Source: an uncultured Methanosarcinaceae archaeon
GTDB lineage: Archaea; Halobacteriota; Methanosarcinia; Methanosarcinales; Methanosarcinaceae
Length of the DNA: 64,000 nt
Direction of reading: 5' to 3'
Assembly (NCBI GenBank): GCA_963833425.1
Contig: CAWHXP010000007.1
Span: 32,001 to 96,000 of the forward strand
Shown: positions 24,000-33,997 of the stretch, piece by piece
Layout: each line of letters starts with the position of its first letter
How positions within the stretch are numbered: the stretch's first letter is position 1
Notes under the pieces: model-generated
What the model was told of the DNA's origin: nothing
The model's input: only the letters and a program-made list of their open reading frames with translations
The model's database searches: none
Translations under genes and position numbers: made by a program

Positions 24000-24830
24000 T
24001 TATTTTGGTTTTTCATATAATTTGGTTTTCTTCAGCAGGATGCCGCTTTTTGCATGGGATTGTCTGAAGACAGTGTCGTTGGATTTTTCAATTTCTCTTG
24101 CTTGAGTTGCAAGATGAGCGGCAGCTCCCATTATTTCGTGTCCTGCTGCAGCTGTAAGGCATATTTGGTCAAGTTCCTTTAGAGTGAAACAGACTGGGTA
24201 GTTAACCTGTGCTACTTTTTCAGCTATGTGAAGGGCAGCAAGAGCCTTTGCTTTCGCATAGGGATTTGAGAAACCTGCATGTTGAATACATGTTTCTGGT
24301 TTTGCAAAAAGATGTGGAAGCTCCAGTTCCTGTCCAGACTTTCCATGATCAAGTTGAGCGGTTATTCTGTCTAATTCCTCTTGAATAAGTCTCACAACTC
24401 CACAAATAGAGAGAACTTTCATTACATCGGCGTTGAAGGCTACCATTTCTACTGGATCAAGAAACTCTCTTTTTGCTCCTATGAGCGGATCCACCGTCAG
24501 GATAATATATCCAAAGCCTTGTTGCTCCAAAGCTTCTCTGGCTTCTTTCTGTTTTGGCCCATCTGAGATCACAATGCATGGCACTTCCTTCCATGCTTCA
24601 AGGACTGCCGCAGGACCTGGAGCAGTTGCGTTAGGGCTGATAATTACTACAAAGTCTGGATTCCACTGCTTGAAACTTTCAGTATCAATAGCCTCGGCTA
24701 GGCCCATCTTAGCACCTGTTCCAAATACCCGTACTGTGATTCCCTCTCGCATTGCCATTTCATCCTGGATCAGAGTGATAATCTGACTCATCCCCAGATT
24801 ACCCATCTTTATAATGCCGATCTTAACCAT
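24000..24830 (-). CDS. mtd: F420-dependent methylene-H4MPT dehydrogenase
   Basis: KMGNLGMS, GTGAKM, ISPN..APGP, DPLIGAKREFLDPVEM. Confidence 0.95.
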   Translation of the reverse strand: MVKIGIIKMGNLGMSQIITLIQDEMAMREGITVRVFGTGAKMGLAEAIDTESFKQWNPDFVVIISPNATAPGPAAVLEAWKEVPCIVISDGPKQKEAREALEQQGFGYIILTVDPLIGAKREFLDPVEMVAFNADVMKVLSICGVVRLIQEELDRITAQLDHGKSGQELELPHLFAKPETCIQHAGFSNPYAKAKALAALHIAEKVAQVNYPVCFTLKELDQICLTAAAGHEIMGAAAHLATQAREIEKSNDTVFRQSHAKSGILLKKTKLYEKPK

Positions 24831-25379
24831 TTTACCCGTAATCCTGAGTTGACTATTTTCTTCAATAATGAAGTTTCGAAAGAATTTATTAACCTTCTAG
24901 TAATGTACTCCACTATGTGATATTCTATAAATTTATGCTTTATATATGCCTTTTTTCTTTATGTTTATATAATTTATGCCGTAGAAATCTGTAAGGCGTA
25001 CGATTATTATTTAGTTGTCACCAATTAATTACTTGTTACGGAAGCCTTAAGGCAAAGTTATAGATTCAGTCACACAAAGCGGCCCTAAAGATGCATTCGA
25101 GGAACTGATCCGATGCAACAGAGCTCGGGCAGAGCGATGAGTAGTTGTCGGGGATGATTCAAAAGATGCCAGTATCAGATGCAATCTAGTTTTGAGCGTA
25201 ATAATCCTATCTTACTTTCGCACGGATCTGTTGCATCTCATATTTCTAAAAACAAGATTTCTTGCGATATGTTTCTATGTTGGCTCCTCGTATTTTCTAC
25301 TTTATGTTTAAGAAGATCTAAAAATAAAACCCATGGTTATATACATTGTGCAAAAAAAATCAAATTCCGATAAATATCT

Positions 25380-25790
25380 TATGGGAACATTTCCAAAACA
25401 GGAAAAAGATCCTAAGGCGCTTTCACAAATCTAATAGGTAATTTTCTTTCATGGTTTTCTTAACTTGGAGCATTAAGCGGTATTCATATGTTCAATATTG
25501 CAAGTGGGATGGTCGATATCTGAGAATTAGAACGCATATATGTGATATTCGAGACGCAAAGCTTTATTCCCAACCAATTCTAGATCCTTCCTGTAGCTAC
25601 CATCGGAAACAATTGATTTGATAAAACATGAACTTGGGGAAATAGCGGTATAATAAGCAAAAATGCTCCTAAAGTAGTCCACAGCATAAGAGGTGTTCAA
25701 AAAACCTAGACTCGGAGAAAACGATGAACTATCTGAACTCCAATTTGGTATTCGAACACTGTAACTTGGCTACTTTGCGGCGTATGCACA
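25380..25790 (+). pseudogene. fmdE: Formylmethanofuran dehydrogenase subunit E, decayed
   Basis: EKDPKALSQI**VIFFHGFL, GALSGIHMFNIA, ERIYVIFETQSFIP, ATIGNN*; first-gene position of the fmdEFACDB operon. Confidence 0.75.
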
Positions 25791-25814
25791 GAATAACTTT
25801 GAGAGGTAAGCAAA

Positions 25815-26852
25815 ATGCATGAATGTGAACTATTTTCTATCTTCTCCGGACAGAAAACCCGGCAGCTAATCTATATACCTAAAAAATGCATCGGCTGTGG
25901 GACCTGCGTACAAGCATGCCCCAAAAGTAGCCTTTCAGTAGGGGCTGTGGGCGCAATAGTAAGAAAGTTATTGAATGCAGATTTTCTGGAAAAAAAGAGC
26001 GAAGATTGCCTTGTGTGTGATATTTGTGCGAGAGTTTGTCCTACAGGTGCTCTTGAGTTGAGACAAGATGGAAAAATCCTTAATGACATGTCCTATATTT
26101 TCGAGGCCATGAAACCGACGAAAGTAGATGAAAATTGTGTCCACTGTGGGCTTTGTGAGGATATCTGCCCAAGAGCCTGTATTGAAGTCATCCAAAATAT
26201 TTCAAAGGATGGCAGCCTGAAGATGGTTGGAAAGACTCTCATTAATTCGGCGTCCTGCGTTCACTGTGGCTGGTGTGCTGCAGTATGCCCGGTGAATGCA
26301 ATTTTTGTGGAAAAACCCTTTAAAGGACAATGGATCTGGGTTGAGGATGTCTGTCAGACCTGCCATACCTGTATAGAAGTCTGTCCTTCAAATGCCCTTT
26401 TTAGCAAAGAGGCCAAATCCGGAGAAAAAGTCGAAAAGATAACTCTCCGGCCAGATGCATGTATTTATTGTGGAGCCTGTGCAGTTGCCTGTCCTGTAAA
26501 CGCTATTACCGTTCGAAAAACTGCAATCCTTCCGAGTTTGGAGAATAAAGGTCCCCTAGAGAAAAAGATACTCGAAGCTCCTGTTCCGGAAGTTACGCAT
26601 CGCACACGCATAGAAACGGATGAAGATGCATGTCTGGGATGTGGGAATTGTGTTATTGTCTGTCCAGCAAATGCCCTCAATAACCGTGAACTTGCTGCAG
26701 GATACTTAAACAATATGGATGAAAAAGTTCTTCTTGAGGTTAAAAACGGAAAAATTTTTGTTGTAACCCAGGAACTCTGCGGAGAAGATGGAATATGCGT
26801 TCTTATTTGTCCTGTTAGTGCGATCTGGTTTGTAAAAAGAGAGGTGAAATAA
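25815..26852 (+). CDS. fmdF: Formylmethanofuran dehydrogenase subunit F (polyferredoxin)
   Basis: Eight CxxCxxCxxxCP-type motifs (the last has Asp); operon position. Confidence 0.93.
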   Translation: MHECELFSIFSGQKTRQLIYIPKKCIGCGTCVQACPKSSLSVGAVGAIVRKLLNADFLEKKSEDCLVCDICARVCPTGALELRQDGKILNDMSYIFEAMKPTKVDENCVHCGLCEDICPRACIEVIQNISKDGSLKMVGKTLINSASCVHCGWCAAVCPVNAIFVEKPFKGQWIWVEDVCQTCHTCIEVCPSNALFSKEAKSGEKVEKITLRPDACIYCGACAVACPVNAITVRKTAILPSLENKGPLEKKILEAPVPEVTHRTRIETDEDACLGCGNCVIVCPANALNNRELAAGYLNNMDEKVLLEVKNGKIFVVTQELCGEDGICVLICPVSAIWFVKREVK

Positions 26853-28607
26853 ATGGCAGGGACAATTGTGATCAAGAATGGATATGTCTTTGACCCCCTC
26901 AACGAAATAAATGGGGAAATCATGGATATCTTCGTACAGGACGGAAAAGTTGTGACAGATCTTTCTGCGGCTGAACTGAAAACAGGAACGTTTATTAATG
27001 CCTCAGGAATGACTGTCATGCCGGGGGGAGTAGACTCTCATTCTCATGTTGCAGGCTCGAAGGTTAACACCGGTAGGATGATGCGCCCTGAAGACCACCA
27101 TAAAGCAACTATCCAGAAAACTTCACTCCTTCACTCGGGTTCAGGTTATACCGTTCCCTCGGTTTACAAACAGGGTTATGATTACGCATTAATGGGTTAT
27201 ACAACTGTGTTTGAAGCTGCAATTCCTCCTCTCGAAGCTCGCCATACGCATGAAGAAATGCGTGCAACTCCAATTCTTGATATGGGGGGGTATCTGTTGC
27301 TCGGGAACAATTTCTTTATTATGCGCTACCTCCGAGAAGGTGATATAGAAAAGGCTGCTGCTTATGTGTCTTGGATGATGAAAACTCACAAGACTTATGG
27401 AGTCAAATGCGTCAACCCCGCAGGAGTCGAAAACTGGAGTTGGGGAAAAAACGTAAGTTCTCTTGATGAGGCCAACATCCATTTTGAAATTACCCCAAGA
27501 GAGATAATAAAAGGACTTTCCGAGATTAACGAACGCTTGGGCATGCCGATGCCTCTTCACTTGCATGCCAACAATCTTGGCCATCCAGGTTGCTATACTA
27601 TTGCCAAAGAATCCCTCAAAATCCCCGGTAGCATAAAGCCGAGGCAGAACATAAATGTGGAATGGGCTGAAACCAAAATGAATCCTGCAAAGAATCGTTC
27701 AGTATACCTTGCCCATTTGATGTTCAATAGTTTTGCAGGCACCACCTGGGCAGACTTCGAATCTGGTGTTAAAGAACTCGCAGTATATATCAACAACACG
27801 GATCATGTCGTAATAGACAGCGGATGCGTGCCTTTCGGTGAAGCTACACCCATGACCGGAGACGGGCCTGCAATCCATGATATTTATGCACTAACAGGAA
27901 GCAAGTGGTCCAATAAAGACGTCGAGATGGAGTGCGGCTCAGGTGTCCTGCCATTTACCTACCTCAAGTCCAATCCAGTGCACAGCGTGCAGTGGGCGAT
28001 GGGGCTTGAATGTCTCCTTCTAATCAACGACCCTTGGAAGACTATTATGACTACGGATAGCCCCAACGGCGGTCCGTTTACTAAATATCCGGAAGTCATG
28101 ACCTGGCTAGTATCTGAGGCTTACAGGAAGCAAACACTAAGTGAGTGCCACAAATGGGCCAATGATAGGAGTGAGCTCGGAGGAGTGAGACGGGAACTTT
28201 CCTTCTACGATCTTGCGATTCTAACTAGAGCCAACCCTTCCCGGACAATTGGCATGGCGCACAGGAAAGGTTCCCTTGGGGTGGGTGCTGACGGAGATAT
28301 TACAATTTACAACATAAACCCGGAGCAACTTGATCCGAACAATTATGAAGCTCTCCTCAGGACTTTAAGGAGGGCAGAATATACCATAAAAGGAGGTGAA
28401 ATTGTTGTTGCTAAGGGGGAGGTCGTTTCCATTCCAGAGAAACGGACTTACTATTCCGAAGTGCATGTAGAAGACAAAAGGGAAAAAGAGATGCTGGCTG
28501 ATTTGAAGGAATGGTTCAGGTACTATACCCTGGGCTTTGCTAACTACCCAACTCCCAAAGAGTATCTGAGAAACCCGACTCCAATACAGGTTAATGGTGA
28601 GAGGTGA
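26853..28607 (+). CDS. fmdA: Formylmethanofuran dehydrogenase subunit A (binuclear amidohydrolase)
   Basis: GGVDSHSHVAGSKVN, GVKCVNPAG, HLHANNLG, TTDSPNGGPF. Confidence 0.97.
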   Translation: MAGTIVIKNGYVFDPLNEINGEIMDIFVQDGKVVTDLSAAELKTGTFINASGMTVMPGGVDSHSHVAGSKVNTGRMMRPEDHHKATIQKTSLLHSGSGYTVPSVYKQGYDYALMGYTTVFEAAIPPLEARHTHEEMRATPILDMGGYLLLGNNFFIMRYLREGDIEKAAAYVSWMMKTHKTYGVKCVNPAGVENWSWGKNVSSLDEANIHFEITPREIIKGLSEINERLGMPMPLHLHANNLGHPGCYTIAKESLKIPGSIKPRQNINVEWAETKMNPAKNRSVYLAHLMFNSFAGTTWADFESGVKELAVYINNTDHVVIDSGCVPFGEATPMTGDGPAIHDIYALTGSKWSNKDVEMECGSGVLPFTYLKSNPVHSVQWAMGLECLLLINDPWKTIMTTDSPNGGPFTKYPEVMTWLVSEAYRKQTLSECHKWANDRSELGGVRRELSFYDLAILTRANPSRTIGMAHRKGSLGVGADGDITIYNINPEQLDPNNYEALLRTLRRAEYTIKGGEIVVAKGEVVSIPEKRTYYSEVHVEDKREKEMLADLKEWFRYYTLGFANYPTPKEYLRNPTPIQVNGER

Positions 28608-28611
28608 AGTA

Positions 28612-29421
28612 ATGACAGAAGTAATACTTATTCCAAAAAGGAAGGTTGATATTAAACTGGAGGCAGATATTATTACTCCTGACTCTTTTGCAGGCAAAAG
28701 TTCAGAAGAAATCGGAAATCTTTCAATCTGGCAGGGACCAAGGACATATCCTCTCTGCGAATTTTTTGAAGTAAGAGGAAATGGAGGTATTTCTGAAGCT
28801 GATACTATAATTCGCATAAAAGGTGATGCAAGCAGGGTCAAAAGAATCGGAGAGGGTATGAGTGCAGGAAAAATTGAAATTGAGAGTTCTGCAGGAATGC
28901 ATTTAGGGACTGGAATGAAAGGAGGCAAAATCTTCGTTTTTGGAGATGTAGATTCCTGGCCAGCTATGGAAATGACAGGTGGACTAGTTCACATTAAAGG
29001 TAATGCTGGAGATCATGTTGGCTGTGCTTACAGAGGCAAATGGCACGGTATGAAAGGTGGGCGAATTGTAATCGAAGGTTCAGCTGGGCATCAGGTAGGG
29101 GGCGGAATCGATGGAGGCGAAATCTTTGTGGAGGGAGATGTTGAAAGCTTCTGTGGGATCCGCCAGAACGGTGGATTAATCATCGTGAAAGGCAGAGCTC
29201 TTCGGGGTGTAGGTGCCGAAATGACAGCCGGGACCATAGTGATCGGGGGCAAAATCGAACGCTTTTCTCCGGGCTTCGAATATATTGGCATTGAAGAAGG
29301 GCTCAATCTTGGCGATTTTGAGTTAAAAGGTAAGTTCAAGAAATTCATAGGGGATTATGCGATTAGCACGCGAGCAAAAGGAGTGCTTTATGTGGCTGTG
29401 GATACAAACTCCGAGCTTTGA
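28612..29421 (+). CDS. fmdC: Formylmethanofuran dehydrogenase subunit C
   Basis: LEADIITPDSF, GXGXG beta-helix repeats, AYRGKWHGMKGG; RBS gaggtga before the ATG at 28612. Confidence 0.95.
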   Translation: MTEVILIPKRKVDIKLEADIITPDSFAGKSSEEIGNLSIWQGPRTYPLCEFFEVRGNGGISEADTIIRIKGDASRVKRIGEGMSAGKIEIESSAGMHLGTGMKGGKIFVFGDVDSWPAMEMTGGLVHIKGNAGDHVGCAYRGKWHGMKGGRIVIEGSAGHQVGGGIDGGEIFVEGDVESFCGIRQNGGLIIVKGRALRGVGAEMTAGTIVIGGKIERFSPGFEYIGIEEGLNLGDFELKGKFKKFIGDYAISTRAKGVLYVAVDTNSEL

Positions 29422-29430
29422 GGTTAGATA

Positions 29431-29820
29431 ATGAAAGTATTACTCATTACTGGAAGTACCATTGAAGAAGGCAGACTTGCAAAGGGCGGGGATAAATTTA
29501 AGGCTGAATATGCTAAAGAGTGCGCAGTCTGCTGGATTTCTCCAGTTGATTTTGTGACTCTCTGCTCTCCTGAAAAAGTTAAGGTGACAAGTAAAAGCGG
29601 TAAACATTCGGTTGTAGTTTGTGCAAAATGCATGGATTCAATCCAACCAGGGAATGTATTCATGCCAAAAGCAATCTGGTCCAATGTAATTGTGGATCCA
29701 GATACCCTTTCTACGGGATCCCCTCTCTACAAAGGTGCCCCAGTGGGAATTGAGCTCACCGAAGAAAATGTACTAAGTGTCGAAGATATTGTGCTAAAAG
29801 TTTATGTCGGAGGGCAATGA
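29431..29820 (+). CDS. fmdD: Formylmethanofuran dehydrogenase subunit D
   Basis: LITGSTIEEGRLAKGGDK, FMPKAIWSNV, TLSTGSPLYKG. Confidence 0.93.
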   Translation: MKVLLITGSTIEEGRLAKGGDKFKAEYAKECAVCWISPVDFVTLCSPEKVKVTSKSGKHSVVVCAKCMDSIQPGNVFMPKAIWSNVIVDPDTLSTGSPLYKGAPVGIELTEENVLSVEDIVLKVYVGGQ

Positions 29821-31124
29821 ACATGGTGTTTAAAAATATATTCTGTACGGCCTGTGGAGCTGCCTGTGATGACATCCAAATAGAACTAGGGGATGGCACA
29901 ATTGAAACTAAAAATGCGTGTAAGATTGGAAATGCCAAATTTAAGGAAGTTGTAAGTTCCAATAGGCTTCAGCAGCCCCTCCTGAAAAAAGATGGACGGC
30001 TGATGCCTGTAGCTTGGGATGAAGCTCTTGAAAAGGCCACAGATATCCTTATTTCTGCCAAACGTCCCTTGCTTTTCTTGGGCAGCGAGGTATCCTGCGA
30101 GGCTCACGAAGTAGGGCTCCATATTGGAGAATACCTTGGTGCAGTTGTAGACTCAAATACATCTATCTACCATGGGCCAACAGCTATGGGAATCCAAGAA
30201 GCTGGCAAAATCGGTGCAACAGAAGGGCAGAAAAAAAACAGATGTGACCTAATAGTCTATTGGGGAACCAACCCTCTTGAGTCCGTCCCGAGGCAGATGT
30301 CAAGGTATGATGTTTTCCCTCGTGGCTATTGGACTAAACGTGGACGTTTCGACAGAATAATCGTCACGTTGGACCCGAGAAGGACTCCTACTACTGAAGC
30401 TTCAGACTTCCACGTGCAGCTAAAGCCTAATTCCGATTATGAACTTATCAGTGCTCTTCTTACACTACTGCATGGTAAAATTCCTCACCCTTCAGTTGAA
30501 AAAATTACAGGTATTCCTATTTTGGTATTAGAAGAGATACTCGATATGATGAAAAATTGTAATTTCGGTGTAATTTCAGTGGGTTTAGGGCTTTCATCAT
30601 CAATTGGGAAACACAGGAATGCAGAAATTGCCATGAACCTTGTAAAAGAACTGAACAATTACACCAAATTTACTCTTGGAGCTCTCAATAGCTACTGCAA
30701 CGCTGTAGGCTTTAACCAGGTGGCCTCCTACATGTATGGATATCCTTTCGGGCTCGACTTCACACGAGGATATCCACGTTTCAACCCTGGAGAATTTACG
30801 ACTGTAGACATGCTTCGGGAAAGAGACGTGGATGCAGCTCTTATAGTGTGCTCTGATCTTGTTAGTAATCTCCCTGCTGACTGTGCGGCCTACCTTGCCG
30901 AAATACCCCTGATTTGCCTATACATTGTACCTTGTCCAACAACAATTATTTCAGATCTCGTGCTCCCTGGAGTCATTGATGCCATGGAATGTGATGGGAC
31001 TTTTTACAGGCAAGACGAAGTGCCAGTGTACTTAGAACCTTTTACAAGTTCGCCATTTGAGTTCACAAAAAGTAATGAAGATACCTTAAGACAGCTTTTT
31101 GCAAAAATTCGACAGAAGAAATAA
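29817..31124 (+). CDS. fmdB: Formylmethanofuran dehydrogenase subunit B homolog with a substituted active site
   Basis: CTACGAACDD..C Fe-S motif and full length are retained; SIYHGP replaces TICHGP and LNSYCN replaces LRGHCN. Confidence 0.93.
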   Translation: MNMVFKNIFCTACGAACDDIQIELGDGTIETKNACKIGNAKFKEVVSSNRLQQPLLKKDGRLMPVAWDEALEKATDILISAKRPLLFLGSEVSCEAHEVGLHIGEYLGAVVDSNTSIYHGPTAMGIQEAGKIGATEGQKKNRCDLIVYWGTNPLESVPRQMSRYDVFPRGYWTKRGRFDRIIVTLDPRRTPTTEASDFHVQLKPNSDYELISALLTLLHGKIPHPSVEKITGIPILVLEEILDMMKNCNFGVISVGLGLSSSIGKHRNAEIAMNLVKELNNYTKFTLGALNSYCNAVGFNQVASYMYGYPFGLDFTRGYPRFNPGEFTTVDMLRERDVDAALIVCSDLVSNLPADCAAYLAEIPLICLYIVPCPTTIISDLVLPGVIDAMECDGTFYRQDEVPVYLEPFTSSPFEFTKSNEDTLRQLFAKIRQKK

Positions 31125-31289
31125 ATCAAGCATATATTTTTTTCGACAGATATGCTGGAGGAAAAACAATACCTAAAAAAGTGAGTATCTTTTCTCCTAC
31201 ATTTTGTTAGAAACTATACTCTTCAACAAAATCCTAAAAAATTCCAATTAAATGGCCTCTGTGGAAAAAGTCTGCGAATGTTCCGGTCT

Positions 31290-31660
31290 GACACAAGACA
31301 ACTTTTGTTATGGAACCGTACCTTAACCTTTGTATATAACTCACCATTAGGAGCTATACTTGGTGTAGGTATGAGACATTAAAGGCTTATTTCAAGCCAA
31401 CTGATAATAAAAAATATAAAACAGCAATAAGTAGGCTTCTTCAAAGTAACACAGGCTAATCCTACAATTACCTAGAGTAACCCTGCTGATAGATCTAGGC
31501 CGTGTCATTGAGCTATGATCAATTATATGCAGGAACTTCACAAGCAGCTTGAATTTTTTACTCTCATCCATACGCAGGTACTGTATTGGTTGTAGGTAAC
31601 CAAATATTGCATGTTGATTTTAACCTGCTGATGCTTTAAATTGTACTAACGCATATAAGA
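31290..31660 (+). pseudogene. Surface protein remnant with Ig-like (MBG-type) repeats
   Basis: TFVYNSPLGAILGVG and VTQANPTIT*SNPAD fragments. Confidence 0.55.
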
Positions 31661-32149
31661 TCATTTATTATTGTAATGTATTGCGCAGAAAGAAAAAGAT
31701 TTTATCATGGGTCTGAGCATGCTATATTCTTGCCTTAAATTGGGATAACACTTCTAATACTGACTGAAGAATAAAAAATCAAACAACTCATTTTTCTAAT
31801 TCAATAGAAAATACGGGACTGAAAAATTGGCAGTTTACAAAACGTTCAGTAAAAGATGATAGTACGCAGAGTCATGTTTATTCTAACAAAATTTCTGTCT
31901 TTCTTATTTTCACTAATGCGTAGTTTTTAAAGTAAACATGTGTATCTTTTCTACTGCAACTTTCCGTTACCATTTTTTTTTGCACTCTTTAACTCCAAGC
32001 TTAAAAGTGTCGAAAGACGCATTATATTGATGTTAAACGAAATATTTATTTCGAGTCCAATTTGTTTTTATATTTACGAATTCACTGCTAACTGTATTCT
32101 CATCTGCACGATAATAAAACAAGATGCTCATGTTTTAGATGTGGATACT

Positions 32150-32900
32150 CTACTTTATAATCATTAGGGTTACAGATCTTCTTTACATTGATCGAAACAC
32201 TCGAAGATGCTATATTAAAGTCTACATTATCAGTTGGTATGAATAATACATTCGATGTCTGCATACCTTCTGTCAATGTAATTCCTGAGGTTGGAGTATA
32301 GACAAAGGTTCAAGGTACTGAAGCAGTTGTATCTAGCTGAGTGCTACTCAATGGTATCTTACAAATTATGTTCGCAGGTTTACTCCAGATAATTGTAAGA
32401 GTCGCTTTGTTTAATTAATCAAAACAGTCACTAATACTGTAGTGTAGCTCGTAGGATCACTTGGTGTGAAAGTAGCAGTCATGCCTGCTGCCGACCTGTA
32501 CTTAATACAGTTCCTGAATTTACTATAGTGCCCGAAACTGTTGTATATACCGATATTCCAGGCAGTGAGGAATTTTGAGGTGTTAAGCAATTGCATTTAG
32601 CTGAATGCTGTTCCATTTGTTATATTCTCAAGGGTATTCCAGATACAAGTAGTAGCCTCCGGGTCTACCTTAATCTTAACAATAGTATCCATTTGAGTAT
32701 AGAAAACATTATTACTCGGTGGAAAGTAGTACTAAATGTCTGCTATTGATTTGCACTCAATATGGTTCTTAATGGCGGAGAGTGGATAAAGATCCCAGAT
32801 ATAACAGGATTTTCAGGCGCTGAAGCAGTTGTATTAAACTGAACGCCGCTTAATGTTGTTCACATATTATATCAGCAGGGTTATTTCAGATAATTGTTTG
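32150..32900 (-). pseudogene. Surface protein remnant with Ig-like (MBG-type) repeats
   Basis: KATLTIIWSKPANII...LSSTQLDTTASVP*TFVYTPTSG...; TATFTPSDPTSYTT. Confidence 0.7.
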
Positions 32901-33649
32901 AATCGTTGAAACAGGTGTTACAAACTGTTCTAAAGCGGCAGGTTTGTGTCCTATGGTTATTAAATTTTTCAGTCAGTCTTTTATTTTAGAGATCTTGGTG
33001 CCAAAATCTAAGCATTTTTTATTTATTAATCCAAGTCTTTGTTCGAATTCTTCGATCAGGATATGTTTAAAATATAAATTGAAATTAGACCGATATGTAG
33101 AATGTTTCCGGCACAAAGAAACAATTCAAAAAGTATATTTATTCTTGAAAAAAAAACGGAACAACAAAGCTAACAACTGTTGGCTTTCGTAATTTAACAT
33201 ATATTTTAGTAAAAACAATTTATTTCCAGAACAACAGGCAAAATGTCCTCAATTTAGGCTGAAAAATGAGAAAAACACATAGGTTTCAGCACAAAAAACA
33301 ATGCATCTGTGTAAACAATAGAAACAGTAAAAAATTGGATTTGTATTTGGATTATTAATATAAATTTATCCATTCGTTTCAAGCATTTCCATCCTAAATT
33401 TTATGATCCATAGATCTATCTTGACCTAATACCAAGCTTTTTGTTGCAGAAATCTATTTTCACCTACGACGAAACATCGATTCTATTTAGGTCCCATGAA
33501 ACTGCTGCAGGAGCAGAATAGCACCCCCCCGTCTAAACTTTCTCAGCCACTCCAAACAGTGCCATTCTAATCTTTAATTTATAATTATAAATTTGATATT
33601 TAGAGTTGAGCTTGGAAGGAAAAAATAGAGGGCTAAATTTATTTTAGCC

Positions 33650-33985
33650 CTAGAACTCCTTTGATCTACCGACCCTTATCGTAGTATCCACATGCTCCAG
33701 AACACTATCTGAAGGATCCCAAGGCCGGTGTAATCTCAGGCGGATCTCCTGGCTTCCTAGAGACCTCGCCGCGAAACGTATTACCCGCATCCCGCCGCGA
33801 CCCATCGTCATCCTGTGAGCCTCTGCGTAGGTCGACTCGATGAACTCGACTACGGAGCCTTTCGTTTCCACCTCCCACCCATAGCCTGTGGTTAGATTCT
33901 CTTCGAGATGAAATACGATCAAGTCACCAAGGTGAGCTTCAATTATGTTACCCAGGTAGTTCTGTGTGATCACAATCTCCGACAT
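33650..33985 (-). CDS. Chagasin-family (I42) cysteine protease inhibitor
   Basis: LEENLTTGYGW, MGRGG and RPW loops. Confidence 0.88.
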   Translation of the reverse strand: MSEIVITQNYLGNIIEAHLGDLIVFHLEENLTTGYGWEVETKGSVVEFIESTYAEAHRMTMGRGGMRVIRFAARSLGSQEIRLRLHRPWDPSDSVLEHVDTTIRVGRSKEF

Positions 33986-33997
33986 ACACACTCTCCT

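Noticed and set aside
25030..25180. GC-richer patch upstream of fmd as a possible Moco-sensing RNA
   Set aside because: No recognisable consensus or convincing stems; it is more likely a coding remnant.
30160..30180. Selenocysteine at the FmdB metal ligand
   Set aside because: The codon is TAC (Tyr), not TGA.
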